Source: Candidatus Woesearchaeota archaeon
Lineage (GTDB): Archaea > Nanobdellota > Nanobdellia > Woesearchaeales > SM23-78
Assembly: GCA_016930415.1 (NCBI GenBank)
Contig: JAFGGS010000016.1
Location: 149,340 to 213,339 of the forward strand
Reading direction: 5' to 3'
Length of the DNA: 64,000 bases
Part shown: one piece after another, positions 30,201 to 39,372 of the stretch
Numbering within the stretch: position 1 is the first letter of the stretch
How the letters are laid out: each line of letters begins with the position of its first letter
The notes under the pieces: generated by a model
Told to the model about the DNA's origin: nothing
What the model saw: the letters and a program-made list of their open reading frames with translations, nothing else
Database searches by the model: none
Position numbers and translations under genes: made by a program

Positions 30201-32151
30201 AACCATCCTCATCAAGATCAGAGCAAGCATGCTCGGCATCCGCAGCAGTCGTGAAACTGAAACTCTTCTCAGTATAGAGCCCATCGCCTCGCTCACGGAC
30301 AACGACGTGCCAGAAATAAGTTGTATTAGACTCGTTCATATCGACTGGATTCGCATAAAAAACCCCGTTAGAAACGTTCTCATAATAGGCAATGACCCTC
30401 CAGACACCGGAAGCATTAGAGCTGAACTCCACATCGATAGGATCATGGCGATAATCGACAGCACGGACAGCCAAAGGAGGATTCAAAGAGACATTAACCC
30501 CTGAATCCGAAGGAGAAGCATCATAGATGAAAGCCTGAGGCGCGCCAGGAGGCGGGACGTAGACGCCAGCACCAAGGCGACGTTCACTATAAAACTGGAC
30601 ATTTGTTCTAGGAAGAATCTCAGGACTATAAGCTGAAGTCTCAAATAACTGGACTGTACCACCACTCCCAATAACAACCAATTCATTCTGGCCATCAGAA
30701 TCAATATCCTGAACAATCATAGTCCCTATACTGCCCGCAGAAGTCAGATTTTCAATCTGATTATAAGAACTATTATACACCCTCACAGGACCATAACCAC
30801 CCACAATCTCCAATCTAGAATCCCCAATCACATCAAGCATCTTTGGAGGTTCGGCAAAGTAATCTAAAGTCGCATCCAAGCTCCAAGAGTCAAGGTCCCA
30901 CACCTTAGCCACACCATAATCATTAGAGATAAGCTCGACATGTCCATCAAGATCAATATCGCCAAGAGGAAAAGGTGAATGGCCACTCACAGGAATTGAG
31001 TTAGACCATTTTCCCGGGATTTTTTCACCAGTTAATCCATTCACAGTATAAATACCACGACCTAATTCTTGAACTACAGTAACATCCAAGACATTATCAC
31101 CAGTCAAATCTAAGAGTGCGCCCATATGGCTACTGCAGAGCACATCATCAACATACCATAGAAGAGATAGGTTATCAGCATCATAAGCTTGTATTCCTTT
31201 TCCAAGACTTGATCCTACAGTAGGATAATCATAAGAACGATCAGTCATAAAAATCTCAAAATCTCCATCAGAATCAATATCTGCGGCTGAAAGCCCTCCC
31301 CAACAAGGCCTCCAAGCAAAAGCCTCTGCCAAAACAGCACCATTAGATCCATTGATTTTTCTTAACCTCCCAGTCCCATTTTCTCCTTGAGTAATATCGG
31401 AAGTCGCAGTATAGACATAAGGATAATTATTTCCATCCACATCGACAATAACCAAGTATTTATCTGCGGATTCAACAGGAACGTCCCAAAATATAGAACC
31501 ATCTTCAGCATTCAAGGCAACTGTTCTAGATCCAGAAGCCACAACCACCTCCAAAGTCCCATCGTTATCAAGATCAGCAATTTCAAAAGGTGAATGATAT
31601 GAAAGGCGATAATTATTATATATCCATCTTACTTGGCCTGTTAAGCCATCAATACAAGTCAGCTTATCATTTCCAGATACAAAAATCTCGTAAATCCCAT
31701 CATTATCAACATCTGCCGCTAAAGGTCCAATCGCGGTATTTGTGTTAGTTCGATACTGCCAGCTCAGTACAAAAGGTTTGGCTGTGAAATAAAATGTTTC
31801 AGTTTTCCAATCAACACCATCAAATAGTTTTATTCGCCAAAAATAAGTTTCACCTTGCTCTCCAAAAGAGATATTCTTCGTGTGAGTGCTATAGAATCCG
31901 GATGAGCCTGAAAAAGAAGTAATCTCCTCCCAAGATCCAGAGATATTAGTTTCAAATGTTACCAACAGAGTCCTGTTAAGGGAATCCTCTATATTCGCAG
32001 ACAATCTGGGATGATAAGTGGCGGTTTCATTTGCAGGATACGCTCCAGATATCATTATTTCCGAATCTGCCAACACCGAAGGAATTTGAATTAAACAGAA
32101 GAATAGTATCATGAATAGAACAAATCTCCTCTGCAAATTATGAAAATACAT
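27253..32151 (-). CDS. Giant (1632 aa) secreted surface protein: FG-GAP/beta-propeller repeats, MopE-like metal-binding motifs, three tandem ~146-aa Cys-rich repeats, and a C-terminal anchoring cassette
   Basis: Signal peptide. FG-GAP-like DxDxDG repeats (DLDNDGTLEV, DIDSDGDFEI). CDGVDNDCS and CDGLDNDCNGLVDE motifs. Repeated CGDGVCxxxENCSSCxxDCGVC modules. A G9 tract. CTDWSICINSEEYRTC, then a C-terminal TM (YLWFVAALGLVVALVIGYFAV) plus KKWR. Confidence 0.85.
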   Translation of the reverse strand: MYFHNLQRRFVLFMILFFCLIQIPSVLADSEIMISGAYPANETATYHPRLSANIEDSLNRTLLVTFETNISGSWEEITSFSGSSGFYSTHTKNISFGEQGETYFWRIKLFDGVDWKTETFYFTAKPFVLSWQYRTNTNTAIGPLAADVDNDGIYEIFVSGNDKLTCIDGLTGQVRWIYNNYRLSYHSPFEIADLDNDGTLEVVVASGSRTVALNAEDGSIFWDVPVESADKYLVIVDVDGNNYPYVYTATSDITQGENGTGRLRKINGSNGAVLAEAFAWRPCWGGLSAADIDSDGDFEIFMTDRSYDYPTVGSSLGKGIQAYDADNLSLLWYVDDVLCSSHMGALLDLTGDNVLDVTVVQELGRGIYTVNGLTGEKIPGKWSNSIPVSGHSPFPLGDIDLDGHVELISNDYGVAKVWDLDSWSLDATLDYFAEPPKMLDVIGDSRLEIVGGYGPVRVYNSSYNQIENLTSAGSIGTMIVQDIDSDGQNELVVIGSGGTVQLFETSAYSPEILPRTNVQFYSERRLGAGVYVPPPGAPQAFIYDASPSDSGVNVSLNPPLAVRAVDYRHDPIDVEFSSNASGVWRVIAYYENVSNGVFYANPVDMNESNTTYFWHVVVRERGDGLYTEKSFSFTTAADAEHACSDLDEDGFSPDGDLCGPVDCNDLDYLINPNATETCDGVDNDCSDLTLDGSGEVAPFNFLQLGVCVNSTQSCIAGNWTDDYSNVSSYESNETLCDGLDNDCNGLVDEGLLLSLFLDFDNDSFGNSSELLLTCSLTAGYVAQDGDCDDDAFLVNPGMNETCFNMVDDDCDGFIDEDCACFQDSDCDPFDNDYCVGSSVYHDDYVCLAGACVWNESAVVLDCDDGLACNGLESCDLGSCIAGEDVDCSAFDIFEIADCRNIPEDTNPFTWDYRAAFTSVCEEPSGECTVGDDTIYHVCSIENCSATCEADIDCDDNLTSTSDACVGCVCLHEPLWFCGDGVCDLDENCSSCSADCGECPALPFCGDGVCNGDENCSSCETDCGVCSDVNCTFDADCDNGLACDGLETCSLGACAPGTPVDCSAYDIIDVESCTYSPDDNPFTLDYRAAFTSVCEEPSGECTVGDENITHTCDVGICGAACVSDLDCDDGNESTADSCLGCSCSFEPLSSCGDGVCGADENCSSCEADCGVCPDVNCTFDADCDNGLACDGLETCVLGDCAPGTPVDCSAYDVFGINTCDNSPDDNPFTFDYLAPFTSECQEPTGTCSESNDTMTHSCDLNCSAECVIDADCDDSNTSTLDTCLSGCTCEHTVLEFCGDGIVNGNESCEPNMTQSCVDFGGHDGVRTCTSECGWGTCVALPYCGDGVCDAGEDCGSCESDCDCNITGCDLPNKSWNEDTSLVGAYDLSSCFDDPLNSTLNYSVVRNQSVLVIGIGEDGLVNVSAPANWYGFETLYFTASSGNRSAQTNMVTLSVIPVTDCGDLVCEAGETCSSCAVDCGACTVSSSGGGGGGGGGSFLSSYSAASTSEDNCSAATDCSTQLVCTDWSICINSEEYRTCLYENESRKETRPCNASVEDNSTYVDLVSSLTQDKDSSLENSIDPRDLAEASGLESVTGQAIGAQETGSVSYLWFVAALGLVVALVIGYFAVKKWR
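28380..29560. repeat. Tandem DNA repeats (period 438 bp, at least 3 copies, two nearly identical) inside the giant gene
   Basis: Equivalent antisense mini-ORFs at 28544 and 28982 (MPGAQSPKTQVSRPSHAKPLSQSASKVQFTS... vs MPGAQAPRLQVSRPSHAKPLSQSASKVQFTS...) show 438-bp periodicity. Long identical stretches, for example gccatcgcacgccaaaccattatcacagtcagcatcgaaagtgca. Confidence 0.6.
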
Positions 32152-32270
32152 GTTTCTTCCCTTGAGTTGCTATCTTGTCACGACGAAACACACCTCTCTT
32201 TTTAAAACTTTCCATAGTCACCACTAACCGAGAGCAAAGATATTAATCCAAGTCGAAGTCTTGATTCAAA

Positions 32271-34961
32271 TTACAAACCAGATTTCTTCGGTTTATAAAA
32301 GGTAAAGAACATAAACAGCACTATGAAAAAACAAGCCATTGCTCCCGAAATCAAAGTATATTTCTGACTTCCCAATTGCACTCCAGTAATCTGTGTTGGA
32401 GATTCAACTACAGGCTCTCGAATAAGCTCTTCAGTCAAGGCAGTCAGATTATCATCAAGTTCCTGTAACGCCGCAGTCTCAGTAATAGACTGGTTTTCAT
32501 CAAATGAAGCTTTCGAGCCTCCAGAGGATTCGGAACTAGAAGAGACGGCAGTTACAATCTCTTGGAATCCAGATTCTTGAGATGCTTGTGTTCCTTCAGG
32601 CTCGCAAGTCCTAGAATTTGTCTTGGATGCAAATCTAGCATTATGTTCACATTCTTGCGTCTGCTTATAGTTCACACACTCACCCCATTCTCCGCAAGTC
32701 CAATCAGCATCAGTCGTGGCGGCTACGCCTCCACCGCCGCCTCCTCCAGACGAGCAGGAGCCACAGTCAATAGAGCAACTAGAGCAAGTCTCCCCAGACT
32801 CACAGGCGTCATCCCCACAGTCAGCAACGCTCAAAACAGTCAAAGTAACTAAGTTAGTAGAACTATTCCGACTAGTATTTGAAGCATCAACAGCAGTGAA
32901 ATAGACAGTTTCAACGCCGTGCCAGTTGGCTGGGGCTGAGAGGTTAACAAGGCCGTCAGAACCGATTAAAACCCTAATTGAGCTGTTTCCAGCCACGCTA
33001 AAGCCTAAAGTCTGGTTCAGTGAGTCATTGAAGCAGCCAGAGAGGTTGTAAGCTCCATTTAAGGCAGCATCCTCATTCCAAGTCTTTACACTTAGAGTAC
33101 AGACTGATATATCATTCTCTGTTACAAGACATACGCCGCAGTCAGCGGCACACATAGAGCAGTTTTCAACCCCGTTGCATGAAGCATCACCACAGTATTG
33201 AGAGGCAGTTATCTGTAAAGAAGATGAATTCAAAGCCAATCCAAATCCTACACCATCATAAGGAGAAATTTGACAAATCCAGAAATCGCCTAGAGATAAG
33301 TTTCCGGAGTTGATACTAGATTCATTCAAACCAGACATTAAAGAACCATCCTTAAACCAAGAATAATAATTTATGACAGAATCATCATCTAAATCTAATG
33401 TAGATTGGTTATAACAATTCAAAACAGCATTTGTCGTGTTCTGAGGATAGTCAGAAGCATTCAACACAGGAGTTGAGTGTGTCGGAAGAACATTAGGAGG
33501 AAGTTCGCAAGGGACAGCACCTACATAAGAGCCAGTTGAAGATATATTACAAGCTGGACTAGTATATAGAGGAGTTAAATTCCCGGCAGAAATATCAGCC
33601 AACAAGGGATCTGATACAACTCCATTAACCTCAAACCCAGTAGCTGAACTCAGAGAGTAGAGCGAATCATAATCAGTTGAACCATTACGTACCAAATAAG
33701 AACCAGAGCTCGAATACAGATTGAAATCTATTTCAGGATATTGGCCAAACCAAGTTCCTTCTGCAATCTGTAACTCCCTGAAATAAGAATTGACAAGAAT
33801 ATTGTTCTTAACCACAATTCCCGAAGTAAAAGATGGAGCCCTCGTCAATTTTATATTCCTGCCATAAGTACTCAGTCTCTGGTTAAAGCTCCAACCCCGA
33901 CCCGCATTAATAAGAGTATTCTGATTAAAAGATATATTAGAGACAACAGATGAAGACACAGTACTAAAAAACTCGATGTTATTCTCAGAGAAGGAAATCT
34001 GATTTCCATACACCTCAATATCAGAAATTACTGTTTGGCCAGCGTCTAACCAAGACTCAACAGCGACACCAGAATCATAACACTGAGAAATAGTATTATT
34101 TATGATAAAAATCATGCTGTTATTCGTGGCAATATCAACACAATTTCCATATCGAAGCGTTCCAGATTGATAAGCACCACCGATATAAGATAAAGCGCCA
34201 TTCTGAAAGACGATGTTATTGGAGTTTCTTAATTCTAGACCCATCTGACCCCCATATCTCAAATCCAAATTCTCAAAGAAAACATATCTTTTACTCCATA
34301 GTTTAATAATATCAACATTTTTTGCCGCTTCTATATCTGAATAATAATTTGCTGGATTAGAAACACTGTATAGAAACACTTTCTGAGAAGAAGAATTGAC
34401 CCAGAAGTCTCCTTGAGACGCAAGAGATCCAAAAGAATCTACTTTAGTTCCCACCGAGGATTCGTCATTAAAAATTAAATTACCCACATCAGCATTAAAA
34501 TCCAAATCATACTCCCAGATATTTAAGCCCATTGAAGACCAAATGGACCCATTATTCATTTCGTAACTTCCTAAAAACAACGGACGATTGCCAGAACCAT
34601 AAGAACCATAGTAGATATACCCTGAATCAGATCCGCTTTTTGCGTCAAGGTAAGCATCCTCAGCAAAACGCCAAGATTCTCCTCTTTTAAATAGAACTGA
34701 ATCCCCAGGCTGAAGATTCAATCCATTGACTTTTGAAATTGATTGGAAAGGTTCTAAAACAGAAGTTCCTAAATTTGAATCATTACCGCTCGTCGCATCA
34801 ACATAATAAACCGTGCCAAAACCCCAAGTAACAAAACCCGTCGGATTCTCTGTGGGAGACAGCAAAAGCAGCATGGAAGAAAGGAATATAAAAACAACTA
34901 TTACGAATGAAAACCTCACTATTAAATTCCATCTCTTTATCAAATCACGAAGTTCTTTCAT
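32271..34961 (-). CDS. Large (896 aa) secreted right-handed beta-helix (pectate-lyase-fold-like) surface protein with C-terminal anchoring cassette
   Basis: Signal anchor. Repetitive N/G/S-rich beta-helix-like rungs (NNIVFQNGALSYIGGAY, NNSMIFIINNTISQCYDSG). CGDASCNGVENCSMCAADCGVC and CGDDACESGETCSSCSIDCGSC modules. A G7 tract. DWTCGEWGECVNYKQTQEC, then a C-terminal TM plus KPKKSGL. Confidence 0.8.
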   Translation of the reverse strand: MKELRDLIKRWNLIVRFSFVIVVFIFLSSMLLLLSPTENPTGFVTWGFGTVYYVDATSGNDSNLGTSVLEPFQSISKVNGLNLQPGDSVLFKRGESWRFAEDAYLDAKSGSDSGYIYYGSYGSGNRPLFLGSYEMNNGSIWSSMGLNIWEYDLDFNADVGNLIFNDESSVGTKVDSFGSLASQGDFWVNSSSQKVFLYSVSNPANYYSDIEAAKNVDIIKLWSKRYVFFENLDLRYGGQMGLELRNSNNIVFQNGALSYIGGAYQSGTLRYGNCVDIATNNSMIFIINNTISQCYDSGVAVESWLDAGQTVISDIEVYGNQISFSENNIEFFSTVSSSVVSNISFNQNTLINAGRGWSFNQRLSTYGRNIKLTRAPSFTSGIVVKNNILVNSYFRELQIAEGTWFGQYPEIDFNLYSSSGSYLVRNGSTDYDSLYSLSSATGFEVNGVVSDPLLADISAGNLTPLYTSPACNISSTGSYVGAVPCELPPNVLPTHSTPVLNASDYPQNTTNAVLNCYNQSTLDLDDDSVINYYSWFKDGSLMSGLNESSINSGNLSLGDFWICQISPYDGVGFGLALNSSSLQITASQYCGDASCNGVENCSMCAADCGVCLVTENDISVCTLSVKTWNEDAALNGAYNLSGCFNDSLNQTLGFSVAGNSSIRVLIGSDGLVNLSAPANWHGVETVYFTAVDASNTSRNSSTNLVTLTVLSVADCGDDACESGETCSSCSIDCGSCSSGGGGGGGVAATTDADWTCGEWGECVNYKQTQECEHNARFASKTNSRTCEPEGTQASQESGFQEIVTAVSSSSESSGGSKASFDENQSITETAALQELDDNLTALTEELIREPVVESPTQITGVQLGSQKYTLISGAMACFFIVLFMFFTFYKPKKSGL

Positions 34962-35469
34962 TTTTCTCCAATTTTAATTTTCCATGCTTGTAGGAGATCC
35001 ACAACGTGCTATATGCACGGTTTAATGTTATAGATAATTCATGAAAAGACATGTTCAACACATCACGAGCATAAATTGTCAAGGTTTCAAGAGGAGATAA
35101 CGACCGATTAGAGAAGATAACACCAGGAACAAACATACCACTCTCATCCAGTTTAAATTCGGAAGAGTACTTCCGCACCGCATTCTTATATGAAGTCCAA
35201 ATAGTACGATCATCCCTACCAAGGAATTTAGCAATTTTGCAGTAATCCAAAGCATAGTTCTCTTTTAGTGTCTTCACCACCACTTCTAACACACCAAGAT
35301 TAGAATTTGAGAATAAACTAAGCGGCAGTCTTAAATACTCTTCCCGTTTCATTACATCTTTATATAATTTAAGGAAATCTTCTAAAACATTGATAAAATT
35401 CACACCCTCAGCAGATGCATGCCTAGATAACCAATTATTTTCACCTAACATATCCAAACCAGCACTCAT
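34945..35469 (-). CDS. Hypothetical protein with two helix-turn-helix-like segments; possible regulator co-transcribed with the beta-helix surface protein
   Basis: 174 aa. HTH-like stretches ALDYCKIAKFLGRDDRTIWTSYKNA and SFHELSITLNRAYSTLWISYKHG. Overlaps the downstream gene start by 17 nt. Confidence 0.45.
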   Translation of the reverse strand: MSAGLDMLGENNWLSRHASAEGVNFINVLEDFLKLYKDVMKREEYLRLPLSLFSNSNLGVLEVVVKTLKENYALDYCKIAKFLGRDDRTIWTSYKNAVRKYSSEFKLDESGMFVPGVIFSNRSLSPLETLTIYARDVLNMSFHELSITLNRAYSTLWISYKHGKLKLEKNERTS

Positions 35470-35669
35470 TAAAAGATATCATTTAACTCAAAGTTATATA
35501 AATATATCGATTTTTACCTATTAAAAATGATAAAATACTTAAATAATAAGTATGATGATATAAAAAAATAAGAAAAATCAAAAAGAAGAAAATCCAATCA
35601 AGAGCACTAAAAGGAAGATTTATAAAGACATGATTTTTCCTTATCGCTCGGTAGTAAATAGAGGATCTA

Positions 35670-36938
35670 ATGGAATATAAACGAGTCCTAAAAGATGGAA
35701 TGCACTTTAGCTTAGGAAAAGTAGGCACAATACTAATAAGCCTGATAAACACAATCATACTGGCAAGATTGTTAACAACCACACAAATGGGTCAATATTC
35801 TCTTTTCCTTATGATAGTAAACTTAGCAGTAGTCATCACATTCACATGGTCAGATAATGCAATAATAAGACATGGAAGAGAAGAATACACCACCTCTAAA
35901 GAGATTAACAAATCATTCTGGGCGAGAAACGTAATCATAGGCCCCGCAACAGCACTCATAACCACAGCCATAATTATTTTCAGAAAAGATATTGCTCAGT
36001 ACATTGGAATGAAAGAAGAAATAATCATATTTATCTTGATCTTATTTATTATTCAAGGAATATTTAATTATATCAACTCAATATTTCAAGGCACAAATCA
36101 GATGCAAAAATCAGCATATCTGCTTCTCTTCCAAAAAGCAATCTATCTTGTAACCATACTAGCATTAATGACTGGATTTTTCCAGATTGACAATCTTTAT
36201 GCCGCAATAATATTTCTTAACTTAAGCTTCATTATAGTCACAGCAATACAACTAATTCAATTCCGATATCATCAGATACTTCCCGCGAAATACAGTAAAC
36301 AGCATCTAAAGAAAATATGGTCATATTCTTGGCCTCACATAATAGGATTTCCAGGAATATACGTGATTAATTATATTGATTTATTTGTCATAAGACAATT
36401 CATGGATCTTGAAGCAGTAGGCACATACAATATTGCATATTTAGGATTTACTAATATATGCACCTCAATAATGCTCATCAACACAGTTATGTTTCCATTG
36501 CTAGTAGAATATAAAACAAAGAAGAATTATGAGGCAATAAGAAAATACCTCTCACACATACCAAAATACACATTCATCTGGATTATTCTTACAATAATAG
36601 GACTGTTCTTATCACCTCATGTGATTCCAGCATTATTCTCAACACAATATGTGAGTTCAATCCCATCGTTTAATATCTTGTTGATAGCTAGCATCGTCTA
36701 TTTCATATATGTGTGCTTAATACCCCTCGTCAACACATTTGACCTAATCATATATTCTCAGACATTCAATGTGATAAAAGCAGGCATCAACATCGGATTG
36801 GATTTCATATTAATACCAAAGATGGGAATTATTGGAGCAGCCTATGGAACTCTGGTTTCATATGCAGTGGGCACGATGCTAATAATCCTGTTACTCATAT
36901 ACAAAAGAAAATTGTTTTTACATACCAAAGAACAATGA
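35670..36938 (+). CDS. Wzx-like oligosaccharide flippase (MOP superfamily)
   Basis: 422 aa with about 12 TM. N-terminus GKVGTILISLINTIILARLLTTTQMGQYSLFL is typical of polysaccharide flippases. Very AT-rich coding sequence. Confidence 0.65.
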   Translation: MEYKRVLKDGMHFSLGKVGTILISLINTIILARLLTTTQMGQYSLFLMIVNLAVVITFTWSDNAIIRHGREEYTTSKEINKSFWARNVIIGPATALITTAIIIFRKDIAQYIGMKEEIIIFILILFIIQGIFNYINSIFQGTNQMQKSAYLLLFQKAIYLVTILALMTGFFQIDNLYAAIIFLNLSFIIVTAIQLIQFRYHQILPAKYSKQHLKKIWSYSWPHIIGFPGIYVINYIDLFVIRQFMDLEAVGTYNIAYLGFTNICTSIMLINTVMFPLLVEYKTKKNYEAIRKYLSHIPKYTFIWIILTIIGLFLSPHVIPALFSTQYVSSIPSFNILLIASIVYFIYVCLIPLVNTFDLIIYSQTFNVIKAGINIGLDFILIPKMGIIGAAYGTLVSYAVGTMLIILLLIYKRKLFLHTKEQ

Positions 36939-38101
36939 AAAACACCATAATACTAGGAATAGAACGTTTCCCTCCAGATTTTACCGGATCAGGATTGAGA
37001 GCATATAGACAAAGCTTAAGGATTCAGAGTAAATACGGCTATAAATTTATCATATTAACTAATAAAAGCAAACAAAAAGAGATAACTAAGGATCTGGAGA
37101 TAATCAGAATCCCTACGATAACACCAAAAATACTTTTACCAATATATCTTATTGAATTATTCATAAGAATTAATTTGATAATGCAGAAAAGGAAAGATGA
37201 TATTAGCCTCATCCACATGTTCTCACTATACTGGTTAAATAGAATGTTAATGTTATCCAACATATTATTCTATAAAAAACCAAGCATACTAGAAGTCACC
37301 TTAGATGGAGACGATGATCCAGTCTCTTTAATAAAAAACAGCCCTCTAGGTAAAATTATAAGCAACCCACTAAAAGCGCTCATGAAAAAAATAGGACTTT
37401 TCATTGTTCAAACCAAAAATAGCAAGAGATCGTGCGAACAAATAGGAATTTCCCAAAAAAAAATATGGCAAAGACCAAATCCAATAGATGAAAAAGTCTT
37501 TGGGAAGATACCATTCAGCAAAATAGAATGCATTAAGAAGAGACTCACACTCCCAAAAGGTATTAATTTAGTGAATATAGGGGCTATTTCCAAAAGAAAA
37601 AATCAGCTTCTATTAGCAAAAGTACTCAAGCAAGTCCAATATCAAGATGTAAACCTACTCTTAATTGGCCCAAAATCAGATAAAAAATATTACAATATTA
37701 TACAAAAACAAATCAAAGAATCAAAACTTGAAAACAGAATTGTCTTTATGGGTGAAAAAACAAACACCCAAGAATACCTCTTAGCAGCAGATATTTTTGT
37801 ATTCTCTTCTGAACGAGAAGGATTTGGAAATGTTTTCGGAGAAGCAATGATATCAGGTCTGCCAATAATAACAACTTATCTGGATGGAATCAGCAAGTTC
37901 ATCAATATTAATAACGGAATTATCATAACAGAAAAGAACGAAGAAGATAAAATAAGAAGATTCGCAAGTGAAATTGACAAAATCATAAGAAAGAAGACCA
38001 CATATAATCGACAAATAATAAGAAATATGGGCATTAAATATTTTTCTGCTAAGAATATAGATCTGCAGTATCATGAAAAATACAATCGGCTGATAAAATG
38101 A
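36935..38101 (+). CDS. GT4 glycosyltransferase
   Basis: LVNIGAISKRKNQLLLAKVLK...FVFSSEREGFGNVFGEAMISGLPIITT has the GT4 EX7E region. Its start overlaps the Wzx stop (ATGA). Confidence 0.75.
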   Translation: MKNTIILGIERFPPDFTGSGLRAYRQSLRIQSKYGYKFIILTNKSKQKEITKDLEIIRIPTITPKILLPIYLIELFIRINLIMQKRKDDISLIHMFSLYWLNRMLMLSNILFYKKPSILEVTLDGDDDPVSLIKNSPLGKIISNPLKALMKKIGLFIVQTKNSKRSCEQIGISQKKIWQRPNPIDEKVFGKIPFSKIECIKKRLTLPKGINLVNIGAISKRKNQLLLAKVLKQVQYQDVNLLLIGPKSDKKYYNIIQKQIKESKLENRIVFMGEKTNTQEYLLAADIFVFSSEREGFGNVFGEAMISGLPIITTYLDGISKFININNGIIITEKNEEDKIRRFASEIDKIIRKKTTYNRQIIRNMGIKYFSAKNIDLQYHEKYNRLIK

Positions 38102-39372
38102 GAAAAATAGAGAATTTAGAGATTTTCCTGTACCTAATAATATTGACAATTCTTACTACAATAATTAGAGTTACAGCAGGAGACTATAAAACATTTACTG
38201 GAAGCCCACTAAGTCACAGCCTATTTTTATTAATAATAAGTACACTATTCATTTTCTTCTTCTTCAAGAAGTATGATTACTTCATTTTAGTATGGTCCTC
38301 AGTTTATTTTGCGGCCCCAATAATAAAAGTACCGGGAACAGAGGTTGGAAGTCTCGGAATACTTAACTTAATATTCCTTCCACTGATGATTTGGAAGATA
38401 TTTGATCTTAAAGACAAAAGATTTTATCTCATACCTGCAATAATATTGCTTTCATTAATCAATTTGGCAGATGTTCCCGCCAGACTAATCATATCGGGAA
38501 TATTCAATTCCTCTGCATTACCAGTATTTCTCCTTTTTGTAGTGAAAAAGTGTAAAAACCCAGAACTACTAATAAAAGGAAGTATATTTATAGCAATAAT
38601 AAATCTTCCACTAACATTTTACGAATATACATCATTGCCCGATTGGGGAGTAATGATTGATTGGAGAGGAATTAGAGTACAAGGGAATCTATTTCATCCA
38701 AATGGATATACACTATTCCTTCTGCCAGTAATTTTACTGACATATGCAAAACTAAGAGAGCGACTGCAGATAAGCACAACAGTCATATTCATAGTTTTTT
38801 TAGTGGCCGACCTATTAACAAGGTCAAGAATTGGACTTATTACGTTAGTTGCCACAATAGGACTGTTTGAGATAATTCACGAAGATAGAAAACACAACCG
38901 AATAAAAAAGATCCTCATTGCGTTTGCAATTGCCGCGACAATAATTATTTTTTTGCAAATAAGAGAGGAACAGAGCAGAATATCTCCTGAGGCCATGGAA
39001 GATAGAACAAAAATCTGGGAGCCAATAATCCCATATATCAAATCCAACCTCCTAATTGGAAATGGTGTGGGCAGCTATGAAGAGCACATGGAAAGCGAGT
39101 TTCATGGTCTCGGACCTCACAATTTATATCTGGGAATATTATTTGAATTCGGAATTATAGGATTAACTCTAATACTACTTTTTGTATGGTCAGTACTTAA
39201 AGAGTTCTTCAAGATGAAAAACTCGGTTTGGCGCACCACAGGAATGGCACTCATAATTGGCATCCTAATTTATTCCATAACAGAATCTAACGCTTTCAAT
39301 CAAGTGTTTGCATTAAACACGTGGATTCTTTTAGGCGCACTGCTATTAATAAAAAAAATGAAAAGAAAATGA
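38098..39372 (+). CDS. Wzy/O-antigen-ligase-like polymerase (multi-TM)
   Basis: About 10-11 TM. Wzy_C-type motif HGLGPHNLYLGILFEFGIIGLTLILLF. Confidence 0.6.
   Translation: MRKIENLEIFLYLIILTILTTIIRVTAGDYKTFTGSPLSHSLFLLIISTLFIFFFFKKYDYFILVWSSVYFAAPIIKVPGTEVGSLGILNLIFLPLMIWKIFDLKDKRFYLIPAIILLSLINLADVPARLIISGIFNSSALPVFLLFVVKKCKNPELLIKGSIFIAIINLPLTFYEYTSLPDWGVMIDWRGIRVQGNLFHPNGYTLFLLPVILLTYAKLRERLQISTTVIFIVFLVADLLTRSRIGLITLVATIGLFEIIHEDRKHNRIKKILIAFAIAATIIIFLQIREEQSRISPEAMEDRTKIWEPIIPYIKSNLLIGNGVGSYEEHMESEFHGLGPHNLYLGILFEFGIIGLTLILLFVWSVLKEFFKMKNSVWRTTGMALIIGILIYSITESNAFNQVFALNTWILLGALLLIKKMKRK

Noticed and set aside
27566-31593. Plus-strand ORFs (e.g. 28544-28900, 28982-29347, 29344-29973, 30016-30504) inside the 1632-aa gene
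   Set aside because: Antisense read-through of the tandem repeats. Their periodicity was useful for spotting the 438-bp repeat, but they are not genes.
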